The notes under the pieces are model-generated. The model was not told where the DNA came from. It did no database searches and was given only the letters and a program-made list of their open reading frames with translations. Below are positions 41,933 to 51,800 of a stretch of DNA of 64,000 bases, in pieces. Position 1 is the first letter of the stretch. Each line of letters opens with the position of its first letter. The stretch is from Takakia lepidozioides (Eukaryota > Plantae > Bryophyta). The translations under genes and the position numbers were made by a program. The DNA lies in assembly GCA_030704615.1 (NCBI GenBank), contig CM060731.1:90954001-91018000 (forward strand). Direction: 5' to 3'.

Positions 41933-42000
41933 AGTAGCAAGATTTGACCCCGGAATCGTCCGGGTCGCACTCAGTGCACTTAATCAACTGAGCTACTAAC
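41933..42000 (-). pseudogene. tRNA-like / SINE-head sequence (degenerate)
   Basis: Minus strand gttagTAGCTCAGTTGATTAAGTGCactgagtgcgacccggacgattccggGGTCAAATCttgctact: A-box and degenerate B-box at tRNA-like spacing; anticodon not assignable. Confidence 0.5.
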
Positions 42001-42906
42001 TGTTGGTAGATATTAAAAAATCGGAAAATTATGCGACCACCCCCCTACGACCAACCCCCTGCTGGTGGTCGCATCTATTGGAGAAAAGGAAAATAGTGCG
42101 ACCACTAGCAGGTGGTGGTCGCACCTATTTGTTTTAAACAAAATTTCTGCGACCACCCCCCTGCTGGTGGTCGCGCCTATAAAAAAAAGAAAAATTATGC
42201 GACCACCTCTCTGCTGGTGGTCGCACCTATTAAAAATAAAAAAATATGCGACCACCCCCCTGTTGGTGGTCGCACCCATTAAAAAAATTAAAAAAATCTG
42301 CGACCACCACCCTGCTGGTGGTCGCACCTATTAAAAAAATAAAAATTCTGCGACCACCCCCCCTGCTGGTGGTCGCACCTATTATTAAAAAAAAAATTCT
42401 GCGACCACCCCCCTGCTGGTGGTCGCACATAATAAAGAAAAGAAAAAATGATGCGACCACCCCCTGCTAGCGGTCGCAGCTATTACTAGCGTGCGTAGTT
42501 ATGATAACAACGCGCGCCTCGAGTGTGGACGGGGGGCTTATAAGGCCTTGGAGGCCATTCTCTCCCTCACTTTTCTCCACACCAGGACTTGGTGGGCGAT
42601 GGGATGTTGCATTCCTTGTCATTGAGTCCAAGTGGAGAGGGGTGCTATTGGTTGGGTGGGGGGTATTTTGGGCCGTTGGTTTCTACGAAATCGATGCTGA
42701 GTACCTCCCGGGAAGCCCTCCTCTGGCACCTACGTTTTTTTCATTGCACATTGCGTCATATCACTTAGAACTGCCGAGGGAGTGACACGTGCCTCTAGTA
42801 CTTGGGGAGGATTCATTAGGGAGTAGGATTAGGTACGACTTAGGAGGGTTGGGAGAGCATTTTTCTTAGCAAACACCTGTCGAGTAGGGGTAAGCCAGAG
42901 CCATAA

Positions 42907-45435
42907 ATGGCGGAGGAGGAAGACAGAGGAGGTCATCCCAGGGATGACGATAATGAACCTAGACCTCAAAAAAAAAAAAAAAAAAAAAACCAGGCGCAAA
43001 CTTCGTTGGGACATATACAATGACCCCAACATTCTTGCGGAACCAGGTTGGGAAGTTTGGAAGTTGGGGCAGCGGTGGTTGCTTGGTGACTGCAGGAAAT
43101 TTGCGGACTGGTGTCACATAAATCGTTTGTGGCCCACAAATAGGCATGATCCACAAACCAAACAAAATCAAGCTAGCTTGCATTCCTGCGCCAACCCGCA
43201 TTTTTGCCAAAGGACAGAGGAGGTACATACAACATTGTTGGGTTAACCGCTCGTCAACAACAAGGTCCCGTATTTATTTGCGGCCATGTTGTACACAGAG
43301 TTGATTTTATTGCGACCAGTGGATTGACAAATTGCCACTGCGAGACAGCGTACTAGACTATACATGTTCTCTGATATCCCAGACTTGTATATACGTCAGG
43401 GGCAGGACATCATACGGTTGGTTGGAAATGACGAGGTGGAAGAAGGAGGAAAGGCAGACCAACCTCCAGATTATACGCCGCAACAGGTCTCCGCAGCCGG
43501 GCCTTCAACGTCTGAGGTGGAAGGAGGCGAGGTACGCTCTCCATTGGAGGAACAGTTGGCCGCACATGAACAGCACATCAAGGACTTGCAGGACATTGTT
43601 CATTTGCAATGGTGGCAAATAGCGAAGTTGCTAGAAAGAATGGGGTTGGGGACTCTCGACAGCGTACGCGGTGTGCTTCAGGACCCGAGGCCAATCACCA
43701 ACGAGCAAGACATATTGACGCGTTTGAATATGCCACCAATGGATATTAACCGCGTCATCGACGGGGTTGACTCAATCGGGCATGAGAATGAAGTGCAAAC
43801 GCTTGAAATGGACCCGGCGAGGGTTGAGGAAGAAAGACTTGCGGCGGAGAGGGCAAGAAAAGGGAAGGACCCCATAGTGGAAACTGAGGAATGTTCAGCC
43901 GTGCAAATTACATCCGCCCAAGAACAGGAATTAGAACAGCTTGGGGGGGAACGCGAGCAAGCTAGGGTTGTTACATATCGGTACTCAAATGCCATGCAAA
44001 TCCGATCGTGGCCATGGTTGAAGGGGAATTGGCGGAATTGGATGACATGGGCGGGCCATCTAGCATCGCGGGAAACACGGATAGAAGAAGCGTTGTCCTT
44101 TCTCCAACGTGCAGCACGTTTGTCGAATCGAAGCGTAGATAGCATCTATGCTAATTTGCAAAGGCACGACACTGTGCGTGATGTATTTACGTCGAAGTAC
44201 ACTGGATTCACCATATGGGGTGATGTGGATGTCATGTGTTGAGCACTGTGTGCATACAATTTCCGATACCAATAAAAGCATAAACTGGGATTTGAAAGTA
44301 GAGGAGGAGTGGGACAGCAGGCCGAGGATGTCATCCTACATTCATGAGGATAAATGGACGTAGATACCACGGAGCAATCCAGCGTCATCGGTAACAAATG
44401 GTACGGTGTGCACAATGTGCCTAAACCCTTACGGACTAGAGGGAGGCTATATGCTTGGTTCATGTGGTTCCATCCCGCATGTCTCATGCGAGCCAGCCAT
44501 GCGAGCCAGCCAATGCCCTGACTGTCGTGGACCAATCCATCGACGTTTCTACGAGTTGTTTGGGTTGCAAGACAATATGCCCATGGGATACGAGTACAAC
44601 CGGTACAACATGCCATTGGATGTATCGCCTTACGATTTTTTAAATTGGCAGCACTGGGGGGAGACAATGACATGGGATGCTCCAAGAGAGATGCATGCCT
44701 TGGATGCGAAGACGTTAACTAGGGTTAAAGATCCGGTGACCTTTTGGGTGACATCCAACTGGGAAATAACCGTGCGTGTTAGAGGCATACGGGACCCAGT
44801 CCAAAGGGAGTTTTTTTGTCGGAACTTGGGAGGGCATTAGAGCTGTACTAGACAAAGATTCTTCTGACTTCCTGAGGATCCATGGGTGCCAGCGGAAAAC
44901 GACCCATACAATCGTGAACCGATTGGGAGAGACCTATTTCTGAGGGAGTTGGAGGCCGTTAGCATCCGTTGGGAGGATATGAATAAGACGTACTGGGTGC
45001 CTCGTCGAGATGAAGGACCATTTCTTCTAGAGTTGCGCAGAGACCCCCAGCAGGAGGAGGTGTTGGACAATTTCAAGGCTGTCATCACGAGTGTTGTAAA
45101 GTATTGGAAGAACACATGACGTGACCAAGTTGCCTCTATTCCTCGGGGTGTTCTTGCCACTTCCAAACATATCGGATTTAATTGAAAAATTGCATGAAGT
45201 CGTAGCAAGAGCGATACACCCGGCTCTGGCAAATGTGGAAGAGAGTCAGCACTCGCCTAGAACGCTATGCATGATGGCAAGGGTAGACCACACAACACTG
45301 GGTCCCTCTTTGACCACTCGAGCCCAGGCTCGAGCTCTCCGTACTGGTGGAGGCACGTCCTCTACACCCGGAGCATCTTCATCAACATCTGGAGATGACG
45401 ACAACGAAGTAATAAATCTAGATGAAGATGACTAG
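42907..45435 (+). pseudogene. Intronless multi-domain protein with coiled coil and RING finger; frameshifted
   Basis: ATG at 42907 downstream of ttataagg (42538). Chain of ORFs 42944-43246, 43364-44242, 44406-44840, 44886-45119, 45121-45435. CTMCLNPYGLEGGYMLGSCG..H..C..QCPDCR is RING-like. An A22 run at 42968 and several stops break the frame. Confidence 0.6.
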
Positions 45436-45529
45436 AAAGAAACGTAGGGAGTAGGCCAAAGGTCTCAGGTTGCGAAAACTTAAATGTGCAACCCACTGTA
45501 TAGTCTACGTAATTTCTGGAAATACGAGG

Positions 45530-46180
45530 TTCATCATTTGAACCATTTTTGAATGACCTCATACTTGTTCGGTACTTGTTTGACGGCATGTACAATATAC
45601 TGATAAAGTTTCAAAACAATCAAAAATTGATGAATGAAGATACCATTGGTTCACCCATTGCAATATTTTAAATCACTCATACTTGTCCGATACCTTTAAG
45701 AGGGCATGTACAATGCAATGGCAAAGTTTGAAAGCATTCAGAAATCGGCAAATCAAGTAACCATTGGTTCCTCCTATGAACCATTTTTGATTGATCTCAT
45801 ACTTGTCCGGTCCATGTAAGAGGCATGTAGAATATACTGGCAAATTTTCAAATCATTCAAATTTTTTTTTATCAATGAACCTTTGGTTTATCCTTTTCAC
45901 CATTAACGATTGATCACAAATAAATGAACAGACGAATAAATCATTTGCCTCCAAATAATTTTGGTTCGCTTTGAGACTTGGCCAGTATATTCAATGTACC
46001 ATGGAAGAGGCCCCAGAGTAATATGAGATCAATCGAAATTCGTTCAATGGGCCAACGGATGGTTGCCCATCCAAATGATTTTCGTTCGTTTTGAGACTTG
46101 GCCAGTGTGTTCAATGTACCCTCTGATAGGTCCCAGTGTAATATGAGATCAATCGAAATTCGTTCGATGGGCCAATGAGG
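45530..46180. repeat. Approx. 120-bp repeats: three direct copies then two inverted copies
   Basis: ctcatacttgt at 45558, 45676, 45796. Copies at 45965-46055 and 46085-46175 contain the reverse complement (tttgagacttggccagtatattc...tatgagatcaatc). Confidence 0.7.
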
Positions 46181-46837
46181 CGTTCAGTTGTCATCTGGTT
46201 TTTGTTCATTGCGAAAAAAAAATCCTGCAATGCTTGCACGGCTATTGCATCCATTGAACGGATGTGGTTGAAGCCCCTCTTTTGCCTGCATGTGCTTGAA
46301 GCGACACATGTGCGGAGACACAACAGACGAATAAATCATTTGCCTCCCGATCGACACCAAGCCATTCCATAGAATTTAAATTCATTTTAAACCAATAAAT
46401 AGGTTTGCACTGCCTTTCATTGGGGGTTTCTGACACATATCGATTTTGTTTTTGGCTCAATTTTGTTTTGCGGCTTCAAGCATCCCACTGCTACTCCCCC
46501 GCCAAAATTTGGACCAATAAAAAATGCCCCAAAAAATAAATGTTCTCTTCGCTCACTATTTGCAGAACTCTCTATGAAAAGTGCATGAAGTTGAACACAA
46601 ATCAAGTTTGGAGTGCAAAACGGGCAAGAAAATGTGGTTTTGGGTCCAAATGAATTTTGATCGCTCCCAAATTTGGCACGCACGTTGCATATGGAGTCAT
46701 TACACGCCCCATTAAAAAACAGAATGAAAAAAAAAACATGAGCACGCGAAACGCAGTCCAACAGGTCCCAAAGTAATAGCAGATCCAACAGAATACATTC
46801 AATGGGTGAGCGGATGGTTGCCCATCCAAATCATCCA

Positions 46838-48020
46838 TCTATGTGCGAGAGTCTTTATCATCTTGTAGGCTGCTCTCGAAAATGTACAACGTGGTTTTTG
46901 GGTCATCCGTCGTGGAGGCCATCCCCCAATCGCATACCCCGATGTACATTATTCAGACCCTTGTGGAAAATGCAACAAGATGTTGTTGGGGGACATGTCG
47001 TTGTGCAAGAAGTGGTGATTCTGGACGTTGAGCATGATGTGCAAAAGCGCCCATGCCAATTGGGTGCGATTATGTAGGAAATGAACCAGTCGGTTGACCT
47101 CCTGCATTTCTTGTTCCGTCCCCCGTCGTTCCATTAACTCATTGTTATCCCAATCATTCCCCCATTTCCTGTCAATACTCAACCATGATCGTATAGTCCC
47201 CCCATTCCACCAATGTGTGTAATCTTCATTTCGACGTGGATGCAACGCAAAATACTTTATGATGTCGAAATGATGGAACTTTACAGCCAACGCCTCATTG
47301 TTATGTTGGACTTTGGCAAGTTCAACATTTGTTTCCCTGGGCGTTTTCCCTGCTAGCTCCCAAGATGGAGGAATGAATTGATCCCCAACAATTCTAACCC
47401 TCCGAATTGTACCATACCCTCCCTGTTTGGGCGCGTCGAGTTGTTGTACCTGTGCATTTGTGGATATGTATCTCACGTTCAATGCCACATCCGCGGACGA
47501 GGACCCTGCCTCCCATGGGAGTGGTTTCGTACGTCGTTTGGCGTGGTCCTTTGCCATGTCAGACCACCAATCCACAAGCACAAACAACTCCTCCTCCGAA
47601 GTTGGCATGCGACCTTCAGCTACAGGTGTTCTCGTAACAAACTTGTCTATGGTTTGCCTTAGATTCCATGTGGCATCATGGGCCCAGTCCTCCATCCATT
47701 TCGTGAACTGGAACTTCGCCTTGTTCTCCTCCCATTCATCCCCGGCCAAAGCCTCCCTCATTCTCACCTCCATATTGTGCTGGAATCTAAGGAACCCCTC
47801 ATTCCCATGTCGGACATACAAAAGATTCAAACGCATTATGTCATCGTCCTTCAAATAATCCAGCACTACTTGCTTCACCACCTTCGCGGCTTCTGCGCTT
47901 GGATAGTCTTTTTTGTTGACCCGACTATCCCATTCATGTGCATGTTTACGCTTCCTACCTTTACGCCCACTTCCCGAGGAACCCCCTGACACTGCGTTCG
48001 AAAGCAACGTTTCTGTACAT
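46838..48020 (-). pseudogene. Intronless protein kinase-like gene, frameshifted and C-terminally truncated
   Basis: G-loop KQGGYGTI, beta3 LAGK, alphaC NNEA, catalytic loop LHNDMSPNNILLHFP, then after a frameshift YIGVCDWGMAS (DFG equivalent). TATA (GTATATAAG on minus) at about 48333-48341. Confidence 0.8.
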
Positions 48021-48407
48021 GATGAAAGTACTCTATGGAATAGACGCGGCTTTGTAACGGAAAACTAAACCCAGACTATTGATAACCTTATATACTAGCA
48101 GAACAATTTCCTCACCCTCTATTGATATAGTACCCAAAGCAAACTCTCCTGCAGTCATAGGGAAAAAAAAGTAAAAAATCCTCCCCCACACAAATCCACT
48201 TTCTCCCCCCCCACACAAATCCACTTTCTCCCCCCCCACATTCAGTCCTGGCCACCGAAGTTCAAATTCCAAGAAGCCCCAGAACCGCACTCACAGAGAG
48301 GGAAAAAAATGGGTTGGGAATGAGGGGTAGGCCCTTATATACTGCTTGGAGAGGCCTGGCGCGCGACCGCCTCTGCTGCCCGTTCACGCCTCGCCACGTG
48401 TCCAGGG

Positions 48408-48825
48408 AGCGGTCGCACCTAATAACGAAAAAGAAAATGTGCGACCCCCCATAAGCGGTCGCACCTAATAACAAAAAAGAAAAAGTCTGCGACCACCACC
48501 GGCTGGTGGTCGCACCCATTTAAAAAATAATTAAAAATGTGCGACCATCCCCTGCTGGTGGTCGCACCTATTTTAAAAAAATAAAAAAGTTGCGACCATC
48601 GCCTGCTGGTGATCACACCCAATTTAAAAAAAAGAAAAAATGAGCGACCACCTTCTGCTTGTTGTCGCACCTATTAAAAAAAATGAAAATGCTGCGACCA
48701 CCACCTGCTGGTGGTCGCACCCATTTAAAAAATAAGAAAAAATGTGCGACCACCCCTTTTTGGTGGTCGCACCTATTTAAAAATAAATAAATAAATGTCC
48801 GACCAACCTTTGTTGACGGTCGCAT
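48408..48825 (+). repeat. Right array (about 9 copies) of the same approx. 51-bp GCGACCACC hairpin repeat, same orientation as the left array
   Basis: gcgaccac..ggtggtcgcacc units at 48441, 48489, 48541, 48592, 48644, 48694, 48746, 48799. Confidence 0.9.
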
Positions 48826-48966
48826 GATTGACAATATAAATCATAATATATGAATTTTACAGATAATTAATGAAGTCCACGTAATGAGGCCACATCGGTT
48901 CTCATAGTAAATAGTCAATAGTAAAGTAAAAAAATAAACATATTTATGTACAGTAACGTTGGTTTA

Positions 48967-49022
48967 GGACGTGACGTGACGCTAACGCGTCAACGCCACG
49001 TCACGTCCAAATTTGCAACTAG
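48967..49022 (+). mobile_element. Helitron-like 3' terminus (GC hairpin followed by CTAG)
   Basis: ggacgtgacgtg..cacgtcacgtcc perfect 12-bp arms (48967-49008), 10 nt, then CTAG (49019-49022); next base is G rather than the usual T. Confidence 0.45.
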
Positions 49023-49248
49023 GGTTGGAACCAAGAATGCCTAGGATTACTAGGAAATTACACAAGCCAAATGCCCATGTTTGTTGCAATTGGAAATTCA
49101 ATAAAACATGGATGATTTGATGGATATATTGATGGATGATTGTAATCATGTATGCTTTGCAATAGTCGCTAGTTGCAAATGTCTAGTCTTGTGCTGGTAT
49201 GGATGCGTCTTCATAGCTAAGAGTGGTATCTCCGAAATGACTGTGCAG

Positions 49249-49508
49249 ATAATTTTGCCACCTGGCACCCATGTCCCAGATGCATATGCAAGTGGCTCTG
49301 ATGAGGACCAGGTACATTGCCTTTTGAGCAACCTTTTTTGTGTCTGACATTCTTAGCATGTGACACAGATCTGCCAGCAGTTCATGCCACCATAGCTATT
49401 TGTGAGAAACCAAACTTCTGATGATGACTGGGAAGAGGATTCTTACCTGCTGTTTCTTTGCAGGCTTTCATTCAAAATTTGGCGTTGTTCTTCACCTCTT
49501 TCTTTAAG
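49249..49508 (+). pseudogene. XPO1: Orphan two-exon fragment of exportin-1 (CRM1/XPO1) with its intron
   Basis: ag|49249-49311 IILPPGTHVPDAYASGSDEDQ|gt, ag|49464-49508 AFIQNLALFFTSFFK|gt. This matches the conserved plant XPO1 segment ILP..T.IP.AY..GS..EQAFIQNLALFFTSFFK. No other XPO1 exons recognised in the window. Confidence 0.8.
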
Positions 49509-50171
49509 GTAAGGTGCCGCATCACCCAGGTTGCTCCTGGTTGTCTTGAGAGTGAGGATGGATTTGTTGAGGCTGGTCCCTCTCTGGACTAACGGTGCAC
49601 CCTCCCTTTTTTTTCAGGCTGTCCTGTTCTGCCCCTGTCTTCTCTCTGTCATTTTGTTTACCTCTGAATTTTACACAAATGTTTTTTTCAATAATTAAAT
49701 ATATATTATCTAATAAATAATCTATATATAACCGAACACTAAAAGTGCATATCATCTCACAAAAGGTTGCGGGTTCAAAGCTTATATTGGAATCATAAAG
49801 ATAAATATTAACGTTTCCATTAGAAGGCATTAATGTCTATGATTATATGAAAGTTATATGAACTTGTACATAAGGTGGTGCACAATTTCATCAATGTTAA
49901 TTATATATTGTATCTGATTAAAATCTCTAGGGGAATTGGGAAAAAATGACATTTTCAAAGTACACTTTTAGCCAATACGGTGTTTTAAGCAGAAACTAGA
50001 AGCTTCCTGGTCTTCGTCTTCTCCCCCTTTCTCCTCTCCTACTCTCTCATTCCTATCTAAACTAACTTCAGTCCGTGCCGTAAACTAAGCTCGCGTCGGC
50101 GTCGCCTCCGCGCCTCGGCGTTACCTAGCGACCCCCATCCGTCGATAAATAGCGACGGTATTCTAGCGACG

Positions 50172-50895
50172 TGTCGCGCACCTCACTTCGGTAAGCTCCC
50201 CTTCAAGTCATAGTTACTCGCTTTGATGCGCCCGCCTAACTCCCAACCTGATCGCCGGGCCAACTCGGAGCTTCGGCTGCTCACCGGAACATAACGGTCC
50301 CCCTTTTTCCCCCAACAGACCCTCCACCAATTTGGGCCTAGTGGAAATTCCCTTTGGTAGATGGCAGTTCGGAATAGCTCCCCACTCCTTGGTCGCTTTC
50401 CAGCTCGCTCGCTTATTTTCTAGTTTTTGGTCACCAACGGGCTTGCACCGTTCTCGGGGTTACTACTCCCCATATATACTTCTGTGACTGTCCGTGGGGG
50501 TTTCACAAACAACCATGCCATTTTATGGCGAACCACCACGAAGACCCTCGATTCCCGGTGATGAGTCGCGGTGAGTCTTGGCCCACCCACCACGGCCCCA
50601 TTGGACCGTGGTGAGTCCCAAGACTCCCCACGACTCCCACCACAAGGTCTCCGCCCCATGGTGAGTCTTATGCCACCCCCACTAAGTCCCACTAAGCTAC
50701 CACCACCCCTTGTGGAGCCACCCTCACCGCAACTCAGTGTGCGGGGCTCCACCTAGTGAGTGCCTCCGCCTCCTTGAGTGCCTTGGGCACTCAAGGGTGC
50801 TTCAACCCCCCGTACCTATTGCTACCACCGCCCCCACCACAGGGGCAGCCCCTCTGCGTCCCGACCCCCTGCCCTCAAGGCAAAGGGCCGCGACA
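50172..50895 (-). repeat. 3' LTR
   Basis: Matches 56403-57123 (roughly 95 percent by eye); purine-rich tract GTTGGTAGGGGTGTG (minus) abuts it at 50896-50910. Confidence 0.95.
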
Positions 50896-51800
50896 CACAC
50901 CCCTACCAACAGGGAGTCGATGTCCTCATCGACTTGTCCATTTTGTAGAAACGAACATCCAAGTTGTGGCGTCCCACATCAAGGAGTTTGTTTCCGCACC
51001 ATGGCGTCCCATGGCAAAGAACCAAACCCCACACTTGACTCTACTCTCCACTAGCTAGTTCGGCCGACTTTCTCCAAGTCCCGGCCAAGGGTGGAGCCTC
51101 TCAAGCTCCTCCCAGTGCACTCTTCTTGGCCCACTTCACGGCCAAGGAACGATCCTCCCCGAGGATCAAATCGCCTTACTGCAACAACATTGCTTGCGAC
51201 CGCTCATGATGCCGCTTTTGGCATCACCTTGAGCAAAGGTTCACCTTGAACCCTTTTTTACTAGGAAGATAACCTTGAACCAACCGTGCACCCTAATCAC
51301 TACAATTGGGTCCGCCTTGGAATGCTGGCCTGAGGTACGGGAACACGCCGAAGCCGCACTACGACTTCGTCCCAAGGCTACACGATTATAGTACGTGAAC
51401 GGAAGCACGTAGCTTCCGCGTTAGTCCGCACTACAAGGCAACCCCCTCGGTAGCGCTGTTATAGTACGTGCACGCGCCAGGTGCGCACTAGCACGTGAAC
51501 TCCCAAAAAAGACGCAAGTTTCCTTGCCCCTTGGATGGGAGTCACTCGATTTCGGCACTGCGCAAACACACGATTAATCCAATTTACCTCTCCCACTTTT
51601 GTAAGCTAGCATGCATTCTACACACTAGCCAACCATACCATGCATTACCATTCCAAACAAAATATGAGGCGCAACATTTGGAAACCATTTCATTTATAAC
51701 AAAATTTGTACAACACAAGTTTTTGCAATCGGATTCCTGAGCTAGCTAAGCCGGGCTAAGCATGCATTTCCTCCCCCACGATCCAAGGTTGATGTCCCCA

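Larger units (their letters stand above)
41180..42480 (+). repeat. Left array (about 15 copies, in three clusters) of approx. 51-bp hairpin repeats GCGACCACC-N7-GGTGGTCGC + acctatt + A-tract
   Basis: Perfect 9-bp inverted arms; regular approx. 51-bp spacing at 42098-42478. Confidence 0.9.

Noticed and set aside
41682-42470. ORFs with ATTPLLVVAP repeats (also 48262-48834)
   Set aside because: Translations of the 51-bp hairpin repeat.
41180-48825. TIR transposon defined by the two hairpin arrays
   Set aside because: Arrays are in direct, not inverted, orientation and no TIR/TSD pair was found.
50420-50752. 110-aa ORF duplicated at 56651-56983
   Set aside because: Lies inside the LTRs, so the duplication is explained by LTR identity; no coding evidence.
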